Shown piece after piece: positions 1 to 9,911 of a stretch of DNA of 64,000 nt. Each line of letters opens with the position of its first letter. The first letter of the stretch is position 1. The translations under genes and the position numbers were made by a program. This stretch comes from Bacilli bacterium (GTDB taxonomy: Bacteria; Bacillota_I; Bacilli_A; RF39; UBA660). The stretch covers positions 573 to 64,572 of the forward strand of contig JAFZWF010000014.1 of assembly GCA_017617435.1 (NCBI GenBank). The letters run 5' to 3'. The notes below the pieces were generated by a model. The model saw only the letters and a list, made by a program, of their open reading frames with translations, did not search any database and was not told where the DNA came from.

Positions 1-301
1 CCTTTAAAGGATGAAGGTCTTTCATAAATTCTTCATTATCATAGTCTGCATCAATTAATTTAACTGGATAACTACCTTTAAATTCTTTAATAAATTTAAT
101 TTGTTCATTTTTTCTTTTTATATATTCTTCTTCTGGTTCTATATTTGGATTATAGTAAAGAACATCTACATAAAAATACTTACTTAAAATACTTATACAT
201 GTTGTTGAACATGGTCCACAACAACTATGAAGAAGAAGTTTTGGAACATAATTAAGTGAAGAAATGATTTCTTTCATTTTATTATTATAATTTTCATTCA
301 T
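1..301 (-). CDS. queH: epoxyqueuosine reductase QueH (DUF208) N-terminal part. The 3' end lies beyond the left edge of the window.
   Basis: Manual translation of the minus strand from ATG 301..299 gives MNENYNNKMKEIISSLNYVPKLLLHSCCGPCSTTCISIL..., the characteristic QueH LLLHSCC(A/G)PCS cysteine motif. The ATG overlaps the divIB TGA stop (ATGAATGA). Not in the ORF track because it has no stop inside the window. Confidence 0.55.
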   Translation of the reverse strand, partial: MNENYNNKMKEIISSLNYVPKLLLHSCCGPCSTTCISILSKYFYVDVLYYNPNIEPEEEYIKRKNEQIKFIKEFKGSYPVKLIDADYDNEEFMKDLHPLK

Positions 302-1043
302 TTATAACAACCTCTTCAGTACTTTTTGATCCATATATTTTAAACATAATATTATTACTATTAGAATCAAAATAAAACGTTCCTTTTGCACCATCAGGTA
401 AATAATCATATGCTTCAAAATAATTATTAAGCCTTTTTATATTTATTGGATTTATATAAACGCTATTTCCATCATTCATTCTTAAATAAAATCTTTCAGC
501 ATCTATTACTTTTTCATTTATAATGTTCGGACTATATTCAATTTCACTAATTTGTAAAATAATATTATAATCAACTTCATTAAATCTCTCTATTAATTTT
601 TCATAAACATCATTTGGAACGTTATTAATAAGCGTTGGAATATGTGCATTAATATTATCATCTACAGATTTACCATTAAGTAAAACAATTTTATTTGTTG
701 ATCTATTTATAAATAATGGTTTACTTTCTTTAACAGTAATTGTTATTTTTCCGAAAACATTTTTCTTTATACTAACATCATCGATAAATTCATTTTGTTT
801 TAATTTTTTACGTATTTTTCTTCGACTTACTTTCATAAGGGAAGGATAATTTTTTATTCCTGATGTTTCAATAATCGTTGCATCAGATAAATAAGTATTA
901 CCAAAAATATATATGTTTTTAATTGGAAGTGACCATAGGTAATAACCAAATGAAAAAACTAAATAAACAAAAAGAATAATAACTACTAAAGCTATTTTAT
1001 TAATTCTTGGTTTATTTGGCTTTTTCATATTAATTATCTCCAA
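294..1043 (-). CDS. divIB: cell division protein DivIB/FtsQ (N-terminal TM anchor plus POTRA-like region)
   Basis: 249 aa, N-terminal basic stretch and TM helix. Position directly downstream of murB in the dcw cluster. Ends with TGA. Confidence 0.7.
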   Translation of the reverse strand: MEIINMKKPNKPRINKIALVVIILFVYLVFSFGYYLWSLPIKNIYIFGNTYLSDATIIETSGIKNYPSLMKVSRRKIRKKLKQNEFIDDVSIKKNVFGKITITVKESKPLFINRSTNKIVLLNGKSVDDNINAHIPTLINNVPNDVYEKLIERFNEVDYNIILQISEIEYSPNIINEKVIDAERFYLRMNDGNSVYINPINIKRLNNYFEAYDYLPDGAKGTFYFDSNSNNIMFKIYGSKSTEEVVINE

Positions 1044-1921
1044 TCTATTAATTCTTGTTCTAAAACTAAATCAACTCCAGTTTTAGTTAATACTTCATCA
1101 TGAACTTCTTTAATAAGACTTCGAATATCATTAGGTGTTGCTTTATCATAATTTATGATAAAGTTTGCATGTTTCTCCGAAACCATTGCTCCACCAACTT
1201 TTTTTCCTTTTAAACCACACTCTTCGATTAGCCTTCCAGCATAATCATTTTCAGGATTTCTAAATGTACTACCTGCACTTGGATATTCAAGTGGTTGTGA
1301 TTCAAGTCTTCTTTCTCTTCTTTTTTTAATTATGTTAAGTGATTCATCACTATTACCTTTTCCTAATTTTAACTTAACACTTAAAATAATAGTGTCCTTT
1401 TTATTTTTAAATGATGAATAACGATAGCTATAATCTATATCTTTTTTTAATATGTCTTTTATAACTCCTTTATCAAGCACTCTTACAGAAATTATAAAGT
1501 CAAATATCTCTGATAGATAAGCACCAGCATTACCAACAACAGATCCACCTATAGTTCCTGGTATACCTGCTGCCCACTCTAAACCAGTTAAACAGTTGTT
1601 TACAACTTCACTTACTAGTTTAGGAAGCATAACTCCAGCACCAACTGTAACTTCATCATCATCTATTTCAATTTGATTAAATTCATTTAATTTAATTATT
1701 ACTCCACTAAAATCATTTTGTGGTAAAACTACATTAGATCCGTTTCCTAAAACAAAATAATCTACTTTGTTATCAGTTAAATATTTAATTAAATCAACAA
1801 GTGAATTTTCATCTTTAACCTCGATTAAATATTTAGCATGAGATGATATTTTGTATGTATTATAGTTAATTAAATCTATATTCTCTTTTACTTTGCCATA
1901 ATTTTTAAGTTCATTAATCAT
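1034..1921 (-). CDS. murB: UDP-N-acetylenolpyruvoylglucosamine reductase MurB
   Basis: 295 aa. FAD-binding N-terminal region (YFVLGNGSNVV), GGSVVGNAGAY and C-terminal MurB motifs. Adjacent to murG. Confidence 0.85.
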   Translation of the reverse strand: MINELKNYGKVKENIDLINYNTYKISSHAKYLIEVKDENSLVDLIKYLTDNKVDYFVLGNGSNVVLPQNDFSGVIIKLNEFNQIEIDDDEVTVGAGVMLPKLVSEVVNNCLTGLEWAAGIPGTIGGSVVGNAGAYLSEIFDFIISVRVLDKGVIKDILKKDIDYSYRYSSFKNKKDTIILSVKLKLGKGNSDESLNIIKKRRERRLESQPLEYPSAGSTFRNPENDYAGRLIEECGLKGKKVGGAMVSEKHANFIINYDKATPNDIRSLIKEVHDEVLTKTGVDLVLEQELIDWR

Positions 1922-2993
1922 TTAGTAACTTCCTTACTTCATCTATAAATACTTTTTCTGTATCTACGGTTTTGATATTTTTTAAATTTTTCTTAACTTC
2001 ATCAGAATTCTTTAGAAGTTTATCTATATCATTAAATAAAACATCTTCTTTAATATTTTTTTCTTCAATTAATAAAGCTGCGTTTTTTTCGACTAAATCA
2101 AGTGCGTTATAATACTGATGATTATTTGCAACATATGGTGAAGGAATAAATATTGTAGGTATTTTTAAAGCTATAACTTCACTCATCGTACTTGCACCAG
2201 ATCTAGATATTAATACATCTGTATTTTTTAATAAACCTGGAAGGTTATTAAAAAACGGAATTACTTTAACATTTTTAGGAAACTTTTCATTTTCAATAAA
2301 TGCATTATAGTGTTTTTTTCCAGTTATATATAATAGTTGATAGTTTTTATCTTCAATATTTTTTATTAAACCTTTAAATGCTCTATTTATAGATTCACTA
2401 CCTAAACTTCCAGCAACTACAACTACTAAAGGTTTTTTATCATCAAATCCAATTTCGGATTTTTTTATTGGTTTCATAAGCTCTGCTCGTTTTGAACATG
2501 GATTACCCATTAAAAAAGCTTTTCCAGTTGTTCCTTTAAAATCTTTTAAAGATTTTTCAAAAGAAACACCAATTAAAGATGCTTTTTTTCCAAGCGCAAC
2601 ATTTGTTTTGCCTGCAAAACTATTTTGTTCATGTATAAAAGTTTTTATTTTTAGTTTTTGAGCAACTTTTATTACAGGATATGTAACATATCCACCAGCT
2701 CCAACAACCAAATCAGGTTTAAATTCCTTCATTATTTTTCGACATTTTTTAAATGCTTTATTTATAAGAAAAACATTTTTTACATTATGAATAACTTTTT
2801 TAATATTAAAACCATAAATTTCTAGAGATTCGTACTTAATACCCATTTCTGGAATAATGTCCTTTTCCATACGATTATGGGTTCCAATATATAATATTTC
2901 AACGTCCTTATCAATTTTTTTAAGTAAATCAATAATTGCTAAAGCAGGATATATATGACCACCTGTACCACCGGCAGATACAATAACTTTCAT
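1914..2993 (-). CDS. murG: undecaprenyldiphospho-muramoylpentapeptide beta-N-acetylglucosaminyltransferase MurG
   Basis: N-terminus MKVIVSAGGTGGHIYPALAI is the canonical MurG glycine-rich motif. 359 aa. Confidence 0.9.
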   Translation of the reverse strand: MKVIVSAGGTGGHIYPALAIIDLLKKIDKDVEILYIGTHNRMEKDIIPEMGIKYESLEIYGFNIKKVIHNVKNVFLINKAFKKCRKIMKEFKPDLVVGAGGYVTYPVIKVAQKLKIKTFIHEQNSFAGKTNVALGKKASLIGVSFEKSLKDFKGTTGKAFLMGNPCSKRAELMKPIKKSEIGFDDKKPLVVVVAGSLGSESINRAFKGLIKNIEDKNYQLLYITGKKHYNAFIENEKFPKNVKVIPFFNNLPGLLKNTDVLISRSGASTMSEVIALKIPTIFIPSPYVANNHQYYNALDLVEKNAALLIEEKNIKEDVLFNDIDKLLKNSDEVKKNLKNIKTVDTEKVFIDEVRKLLND

Positions 2994-3118
2994 ATAAAGA
3001 TTCCTCCAATTTCTATTAAATTATACTATAAATTTCACTAATAATGCTCATGAATTGTAAAAACTTTACAATTTTTATCTTTATAAAAATAGTCAATAAA
3101 AAAAGTAATCTATAAAGA

Positions 3119-3859
3119 TTACTTTGTACGAACATGAGTTACTTCTCTTTCTTTTGGATTTGTTGCTATATACATATAATAGCCATCTTTTACTGTAGTT
3201 GAATTAACAATATATGGGTTAATGTAACCATTATTTTCACCAAAAGCTTTAAATACTGGAAGTAGTGATTCTATCATTGATATTTTTTTCTCGTAATCTT
3301 TGTCAGTTACTTGACCAGTAACAGCAAGTATTACATCACCAGTTTTAGTTTTATGAATTAGTGGAAGGTATCCGTATTCAAACTTAGGATAATGAGCATC
3401 ATATGGATTTGCAAGCATATATGTATCAATAGCATTATGTAAGCAAATTGGTTTTTCACCTTCAGTATTAATATATGGTAAGTTATTTTTTACTGAAAGA
3501 TAAACTAATCTATCATCACAAGTTATAATTCTATCTTTTAACTCTGTTTTAAAACCAACTTTTGAGTATGGTGTGATTATTTTACTATTTTTAGTTGGTA
3601 CTAATGGATTATTGAAAATTGAATCTTCAGCACCTTTTTGAATTTCTGCAAAATGTGGTGAATCAACGTCATAACCATCTTCAACTAACATTTCAAGTAA
3701 AACTGGATCAATTAAACATCTAGTTTCTTTCCACTCTTTATATTCCATCATTAATGATTTTAAATCATTAATATCTATTTTTTCTTTTGAATCCTCATCA
3801 AATTCAGCTTCTAAAAATTGTTTAAATGATTCTTTTTCGCTGTCATTAAAATATTTCAT
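3119..3859 (-). CDS. hypothetical cytoplasmic protein (246 aa) inserted between ftsW/spoVE and murG
   Basis: Long clean ORF with its own hairpin plus T-run terminator at 3104..3127. Acidic N-terminus. I recognise no family. Confidence 0.5.
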   Translation of the reverse strand: MKYFNDSEKESFKQFLEAEFDEDSKEKIDINDLKSLMMEYKEWKETRCLIDPVLLEMLVEDGYDVDSPHFAEIQKGAEDSIFNNPLVPTKNSKIITPYSKVGFKTELKDRIITCDDRLVYLSVKNNLPYINTEGEKPICLHNAIDTYMLANPYDAHYPKFEYGYLPLIHKTKTGDVILAVTGQVTDKDYEKKISMIESLLPVFKAFGENNGYINPYIVNSTTVKDGYYMYIATNPKEREVTHVRTK

Positions 3860-3934
3860 ATTTATGTCTCCTTTTATCTTTTAAATTTAACGCTGCAAGA
3901 GGAATTATAGCACTACTAATTATTAAAGTCAAAA

Positions 3935-5038
3935 TTATTTTTTATTTTCTGAAATATTTAAAATAAGACCTATAGATATTAAACTTACAACTAGTGATGA
4001 ACCTCCATAAGAAAAAAATGGAAGCGTTACTCCAGTAACAGGAAGCAAACCTACAACTACACATAAATTCATAAGTGTTTGAATTGCAAGAGACGATGAT
4101 ATACCAATTATAATAAATTTTTTAAACAAATCATTTTCTCTTATACTTATTTGATAAAAATTATAAAAAAGAAAAATAAATAAAATAATAATTACACCTG
4201 ATGCTAAAAAGCCTAATTCTTCACATAATATTGCAAATATAAAATCTGTTTGAGGCTCTGGAAGGTAAAAATATTTTTGTCTTGATGAAAATAAACCGTG
4301 ACCAAATAAACCACCTGGACCTATTGCATAAAGTGACTGAATAATTTGATATCCTGAACCAAGCGGATCTTTCCATGGATTTACAAATGAAATAATTCTC
4401 GCAAGTCTATATGGAGCTATCAGTATTAAACCTGTTATACTAGCTAAACCAAAAATACCGAGTATACCAAAAAATTTATACTTTAAACCTGAATTAAACA
4501 GCATTGAAATAATTGTTAATATTATTATCATTGAACTACCAAAATCAGGTTCTAACATAATGAGAAATATGCAAGTAAATATTACATATAATAATGGAAA
4601 CAAATTGTCTTTTATATTATTTATTTTTACGTGATATTTTTCTAAATACTTAGCAGTAAAAACAATAAGAATTATCTTCATAAGTTCACTAGGTTGAAAT
4701 CCAAGTGGACCTATACTAAACCATGATCTTGATCCATTTCTTACAACACCAATTCCAGGTACTATGACAAGGCCTAATAAAATAATACCAACTACTAATA
4801 ATAAATTAGTATTTTTCTTTATAATATTTATATCCATTTTTTTTATAAATTTTAATACTATAATACCAGCAAATAAAAATATTAATTGATATATTAAATA
4901 GTGATATTTATTACTAAATTTGTAATTTGACCACACATAACTTGATGAATATATCATAAGCATTCCAAAAAATATAAGTATTGATGTGATTAATTTTATA
5001 TATAAACTTGATTTTTTCAAATTAAGTTCACCTACCAA
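3935..5038 (-). CDS. ftsW: SEDS-family peptidoglycan glycosyltransferase FtsW/SpoVE/RodA
   Basis: About 10 TM helices with a conserved SEDS C-terminal region (PVTGVTLPFFSYGGSSL). The ORF-track start is TTG. The likely true start is the TTG or ATG a few codons downstream, preceded by the RBS-like taggtga. Confidence 0.8.
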   Translation of the reverse strand: MVGELNLKKSSLYIKLITSILIFFGMLMIYSSSYVWSNYKFSNKYHYLIYQLIFLFAGIIVLKFIKKMDINIIKKNTNLLLVVGIILLGLVIVPGIGVVRNGSRSWFSIGPLGFQPSELMKIILIVFTAKYLEKYHVKINNIKDNLFPLLYVIFTCIFLIMLEPDFGSSMIIILTIISMLFNSGLKYKFFGILGIFGLASITGLILIAPYRLARIISFVNPWKDPLGSGYQIIQSLYAIGPGGLFGHGLFSSRQKYFYLPEPQTDFIFAILCEELGFLASGVIIILFIFLFYNFYQISIRENDLFKKFIIIGISSSLAIQTLMNLCVVVGLLPVTGVTLPFFSYGGSSLVVSLISIGLILNISENKK

Positions 5039-5302
5039 TTAATCATATAAAAACTTTATGGTTTTTATTCTAATCTATTTAATATGCATGTCGAATATTG
5101 ACAAGTTATTAGAAGTTTTGTCGATGTTATTGCAATAAAAAAGATAGCATCTATAATACTATCCCAAGCAAAGGCATAAAAAAGATATACTTTGAAATGT
5201 CAGATATTTTAGTAACCACCCAATGTTCATACAAAGAGCGTTCCTTCTGTTTATATCTTTTTCACTTAAACTAAAGTATCTGACATTTGAGAGTATATCA
5301 AT

Positions 5303-6295
5303 TTATAACCAAACACCATATGTTATAGCTGCCATTGCAAGAAGTAAACCTATAGTCCAAAACATTTTTACAATGTCAGTTTCAAGCCAGCCTAAAACTT
5401 CAAAGTGATGATGAAGTGGAGCTCTTAAGAACACCTTGCGATGAAATTTTCTAATAGCAATAATTTGAATTAATGATGATAAAGTTTCAGCAACAAATAT
5501 ACCACCAATAAGAGCAAGTGATATTTCGTGTCTTGTAATAATTGCGATTGTTGCAAGTGCTCCACCTAGAGAAAGTGCTCCTAGATCTCCCATGAATACT
5601 TTAGCAGGATGTGTATTAAATACTAAAAATCCTAGTAAACTACCTACTAAACAAAATGAGAAGACACCTACTTCCTGATAGCCTTCCATCCAAGTAGTAT
5701 TCCATGCAATAATACCAAATGCAATAAATGCTATTGCAGATAAACCACCAGCAAGGCCATCAAGTCCATCAGTTATGTTAACAGCATTTGATGAACCAAC
5801 TAACATAAATAATATAAATAAACCATATGCCCAACCCATTGGTATTTCTAGGTGTAAAAATGAAATAGCTAGTGTTGGTTCTCCACCATTTTTCATAAAA
5901 ATATAGAAAAATACAAGTGCTATAACCATTTGAAGAATAAATTTAGTACTAATTGATAAACCATCATTATTTTTCTTTTTTAATTTTAGATAGTCATCTA
6001 CACCACCTAATATGGCATATGAAATAAATACCATTACTAAAACTAATAAGTTGTGACTAAATACTATACTTCCTTTTAAATATAAAAACAGTATTGCAAG
6101 AATGGTTGGTATTATAAATATTAATCCACCCATAGTTGGTGTTCCTTGTTTAGCTATATGTCTTTCACCAACAGTATGGCTAACATTTTGTCCAATTTTA
6201 TATTTTCTTAAAAGAGGAATAATAATAAGTCCAGCGATAATTGATAAACCAAATCCTAGCATCATTGCTAGTGTGGCTTTAGCTAAAATAAGCAT
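5303..6295 (-). CDS. mraY: phospho-N-acetylmuramoyl-pentapeptide transferase MraY
   Basis: 330 aa polytopic protein with MraY motifs (GTPTMGG, NAVNITDGLDGLA, HHHFE). Confidence 0.9.
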   Translation of the reverse strand: MLILAKATLAMMLGFGLSIIAGLIIIPLLRKYKIGQNVSHTVGERHIAKQGTPTMGGLIFIIPTILAILFLYLKGSIVFSHNLLVLVMVFISYAILGGVDDYLKLKKKNNDGLSISTKFILQMVIALVFFYIFMKNGGEPTLAISFLHLEIPMGWAYGLFILFMLVGSSNAVNITDGLDGLAGGLSAIAFIAFGIIAWNTTWMEGYQEVGVFSFCLVGSLLGFLVFNTHPAKVFMGDLGALSLGGALATIAIITRHEISLALIGGIFVAETLSSLIQIIAIRKFHRKVFLRAPLHHHFEVLGWLETDIVKMFWTIGLLLAMAAITYGVWL

Positions 6296-6380
6296 ACTCC
6301 ACCTCTTTCTTATTAATTTTAGTATACAATAAATAAGAAAATAAATCTTTGATGTTTATTTTATTTTACAAATTTTGACA

Positions 6381-8285
6381 TTAGTTCAAATAAACCATAA
6401 CTATTCCATTTTCTTTTGTCATTGTATCTGCTTTAGGAGTTTGTTTTACTATATTTGTTCCACTACCAACATATTTTACTTGAAAATTATTAAGTAACTT
6501 TTTTGCTTCTTTTATTTTTAGACCTGTTACATCTGGAACCATATAGTATTTTTCATCAAGCCATAAATATTCTTTTGGAATTACATCTTTGCTTTCTTTT
6601 ATATTTAATATTTTAGCAGCACTTTTAAAGACATTCTTTGCAATTGGAGCTGATACTGTTCCTCCATACTGTACAGTATTTTTAGGGTGATCAATTGCAA
6701 CATAAACAATAATTTCAGGATCATCTGCTGGCATAAATCCAATAAATGATAATATATAGTTTCCTTCCATATATATTCCGTTACTTACCTTTTGAGCAGT
6801 TCCAGTCTTTCCACCAATTCGATAATTTTCTAGATATGCGTTATGACCTGTTCCAAGGGCAACAACTGTTTCAAGAGCATACCTGACAAGATTACTTGTT
6901 TCTTCACTGATAACTTTATTTTCTAATTTTTTTGTGTTTTCCAAAACCATCTCATGTGAGTAAGAATCCTCTATACCTTTTACAATAAATGGTGTATATA
7001 AATAACCTCCATTTATAACTGCACTAACTGCTTTAACTTGCTGAATTGGTGTAACTGATATACCTTGACCGAATGCTGTTGTTGCAAGTTCAAGTTCACC
7101 CATTTTACTTTTTGTAAATAGTATACCTTTTCCTTCACCGCTTAGATCAACACCAGTTTTTTTCCCGAATCCAAATTTATCTATATACTCCATAAGTTTT
7201 TCTTTACCAAGTTTTTGACCTATAGCAACAAAACCTGGATTACACGAATTTTGTAAAACTTCTAGATAAGTTTGAAGTCCATGCCCTTCATGTTTCCAGC
7301 AGTGAAGTGTTGAACCAGACACTTTTACGCTCCCTGAATCGTAAAATGTATCATCAAAGATATTTATAAGATTTTCCTCAATTGCTGATGCATATGAGAT
7401 AATCTTAAATGTTGATCCAGGTTCATATGTCATCCAAATTGGTAAATTACGATTTATTGTTTCTATATCATAATCTTTATAGTTATTGCTATCAAAATTA
7501 GGTCTTGATGCCATTGCTAAAATCTCACCTGATTTAGGATTCATAGCTAAAATCATTGCGTGTTCGGGGCTATATTTTGAAACAGCAACATCAAGTTCGT
7601 TTTCGATTGCAAGTTGTAAATCTAAATCAATTGTTAAAACAACGTTCATTCCGTTATATGGTTCATGATATGATTCACTTATATTTAATCTTTTACCTTT
7701 ACCATCAGATAAATACTTTATTGCTCCATCAATGCCCATTAAATATTTATCATAATACGATTCAATACCCGATAATCCTTGGTTATCAATTCCAACGTAA
7801 CCTAAAACATGTGATAATACTTCTTTATAAGGATAATATCTTTTACCTTCTTTAAGTAAATATACGCCATCAAGATTCAGTTCATTTATTTTATCTGCTA
7901 TATCATATGATAAACTTCTTCCCTCCGGATGGATTCTTTCTATAGATGTATTTTTAGTTATATGTTTATAGATATCACTATATGAAACACCTAAGATATC
8001 TGATAACTTCTTAGCAGTATATTCTTTATCTTTAATTTGTCTTGGAACAACTATAAGTGATGTTGTTGTAATATTACCTGCAAGTAGTTTTCCGTTTCTA
8101 TCTAAAATTAATCCTCTATCAGCCATTATCGGAAGATCTCTATTCCATAAGTCATCAGCTAGTTTATTTATTTTTTTATATTTAAAAAACTGGATATAAA
8201 AGATTTTAATAATTACTGCTACAAAAACACATATAATTAAAGTAATAAATATTTTAGATCTTTGATATATTTTTTCGTAGTTCAT
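6381..8285 (-). CDS. class B penicillin-binding protein (FtsI/PBP2B/SpoVD type) with C-terminal PASTA domain
   Basis: 634 aa. N-terminal TM anchor, transpeptidase motifs STFK, SCN, KTGT and a C-terminal PASTA-like segment. First gene of the dcw block. murE is not located between this gene and mraY. Confidence 0.85.
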   Translation of the reverse strand: MNYEKIYQRSKIFITLIICVFVAVIIKIFYIQFFKYKKINKLADDLWNRDLPIMADRGLILDRNGKLLAGNITTTSLIVVPRQIKDKEYTAKKLSDILGVSYSDIYKHITKNTSIERIHPEGRSLSYDIADKINELNLDGVYLLKEGKRYYPYKEVLSHVLGYVGIDNQGLSGIESYYDKYLMGIDGAIKYLSDGKGKRLNISESYHEPYNGMNVVLTIDLDLQLAIENELDVAVSKYSPEHAMILAMNPKSGEILAMASRPNFDSNNYKDYDIETINRNLPIWMTYEPGSTFKIISYASAIEENLINIFDDTFYDSGSVKVSGSTLHCWKHEGHGLQTYLEVLQNSCNPGFVAIGQKLGKEKLMEYIDKFGFGKKTGVDLSGEGKGILFTKSKMGELELATTAFGQGISVTPIQQVKAVSAVINGGYLYTPFIVKGIEDSYSHEMVLENTKKLENKVISEETSNLVRYALETVVALGTGHNAYLENYRIGGKTGTAQKVSNGIYMEGNYILSFIGFMPADDPEIIVYVAIDHPKNTVQYGGTVSAPIAKNVFKSAAKILNIKESKDVIPKEYLWLDEKYYMVPDVTGLKIKEAKKLLNNFQVKYVGSGTNIVKQTPKADTMTKENGIVMVYLN

Positions 8286-8324
8286 ATATTTGTTTTCCTT
8301 TAAACAAATATATGAACTAATAAA

Positions 8325-8353
8325 TAAAAAAATGCATCACTAAAGTGATGCAT
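8325..8353 (-). terminator. rho-independent terminator after the FNT-like gene
   Basis: ATGCATCAC-taaa-GTGATGCAT stem + 7-nt T-run on the minus strand. Confidence 0.65.
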
Positions 8354-8362
8354 AAGTATATT

Positions 8363-8938
8363 TTAATTAGAGTCTTTTGAAATATACCACATTAATATTG
8401 AACCAACAAAATTTCCAATAATACATATTATTATTGATAAATCAAATCCTCTTGCAACTCCCATTGTTATGATATTTGCAATGCAGTGCTGAAAACCGCA
8501 GAATATAAATAGTGGAATTCCAAAGATTATTCCAAGAGGTGTTCCTTTTTTATACATAAGAACTGCAATATACATTATTATTCCACATAGAATTGATTTA
8601 ACAAAAAACGAATAACTTACTTCCCACGATGCAACTTTAGATATTGCTGCATTATATACATCAACATCAATTGATGAAAAAAGTAAACCAACTAAATAAC
8701 CTGCTAGTAAATTAACAATTAGAATAATTATTAAATCTAGTGGTTTGATTTTATCTTGAAATAAAAATCCACACTTTCCGGTAAATAAGTTTTGACCCAT
8801 ATAGCATACACCTAAAAGTCCTAGTGAAAAAATAACTGGTCCAATTGGACTTCCAAGTTTAAGTAATGCATAATCACCTAGTGCAATTAAAATAGCCGCC
8901 CCTATACTCTTTCTAATTAACTCTTCTTTCTTTTTCAT
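8363..8938 (-). CDS. short formate/nitrite transporter (FNT) family-like membrane protein
   Basis: 191 aa. Contains both FNT signature regions (GQNLFTGK and GFQHCIANI) but is about 70 aa shorter than canonical FNT channels. Terminator hairpin at 8325..8353. Confidence 0.4.
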   Translation of the reverse strand: MKKKEELIRKSIGAAILIALGDYALLKLGSPIGPVIFSLGLLGVCYMGQNLFTGKCGFLFQDKIKPLDLIIILIVNLLAGYLVGLLFSSIDVDVYNAAISKVASWEVSYSFFVKSILCGIIMYIAVLMYKKGTPLGIIFGIPLFIFCGFQHCIANIITMGVARGFDLSIIICIIGNFVGSILMWYISKDSN

Positions 8939-8997
8939 GCTTACTCCTTATAACAAAAGTATAACATATAAATTAAAAAATCAACATAAAGTTGATT

Positions 8998-9828
8998 TTA
9001 TTTTTTTTCTTCATAGTGATCTAAAAATGAAGTATACTCTCCATTTTTCTTTGTACCAAGTACACATTCTAAATTAACATTATCCATAGCTTTATAGATA
9101 TTTCTATCTACATCCGGATTATCTTTTCTAAGTTCAGTAATTAATTTTTTCATCATTTTTCTTTTGCTTGCACTTTCATCAATTTCTGATTTTTCTGTAA
9201 ACTTACAAGCACAATTTAAAAACTTAAGATCATTATAATTTTTCCAAGATATAATATCTTCTTCTTTTATATAGCACATTGGTCTTATTAACTCTAAACC
9301 TTCAAAATTATCTGAGTGAAGTTTTGGTAGCATAGTTTTAATTTCAGCTCCATAAAAAAGTGATAACAGTGTTGTTTCTATAACATCATCAAAATGATGA
9401 CCTAGTACAATTTTATTACAACCGAGTTCCTTTGCTTTATTATATAAGTGTCCTCTTCTCATTCTTGCGCACAAATAACATGGTGCTTTAGATGGAACGT
9501 TATAAACTACATCAAAGATATCTGTTTCAAACATTTCAAGGGGAATATTTAAAAGTTTTGCATTATTTATTATTAAATTTCTATTTTCCTCTTTATATCC
9601 TGGGTTCATTGAAACATATACGGCATCAAAATGAATCTTACCATGTTTTTTTAGTTCTTGAATACATTTAGCTAGTAAAAATGAATCTTTACCACCACTA
9701 ATACAAACCATAACTTTATCGTTTTTATTAATAAGTTTATAGTCTCTTACGGCTTTAGTAAATTTACACCAAATTTCTTTACGAAATTTTTTTATAATAC
9801 TTCTTTCTACTTCTTCATATTTTTCCAT
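8998..9828 (-). CDS. ttcA: tRNA 2-thiocytidine(32) synthetase TtcA-like PP-loop ATPase
   Basis: PP-loop SGGKDS and CxxC pairs (CYLCARMRRG, CACKF) typical of the TtcA family. Confidence 0.75.
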   Translation of the reverse strand: MEKYEEVERSIIKKFRKEIWCKFTKAVRDYKLINKNDKVMVCISGGKDSFLLAKCIQELKKHGKIHFDAVYVSMNPGYKEENRNLIINNAKLLNIPLEMFETDIFDVVYNVPSKAPCYLCARMRRGHLYNKAKELGCNKIVLGHHFDDVIETTLLSLFYGAEIKTMLPKLHSDNFEGLELIRPMCYIKEEDIISWKNYNDLKFLNCACKFTEKSEIDESASKRKMMKKLITELRKDNPDVDRNIYKAMDNVNLECVLGTKKNGEYTSFLDHYEEKK

Positions 9829-9911
9829 AATGTATTCCTCTTTTTTTCTTTATTAATTTTATATTTAAATATAAATTAATGCAAGAAAAAAACAACTTAT
9901 TTAAGTTGTTT

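Noticed and set aside
294-1043. Alternative genetic code (UGA=Trp, Mollicute-like) suggested by the extreme AT-richness
   Set aside because: Conserved genes terminate at TGA at the expected length. For example, the divIB TGA stop overlaps the queH ATG. Spore genes are also incompatible with Mollicutes.
5223-8000. Plus-strand ORFs 5223..5408, 6102..6332, 7486..7668, 7556..7855
   Set aside because: All are antisense to well-supported mraY and PBP coding regions and show no conservation features.
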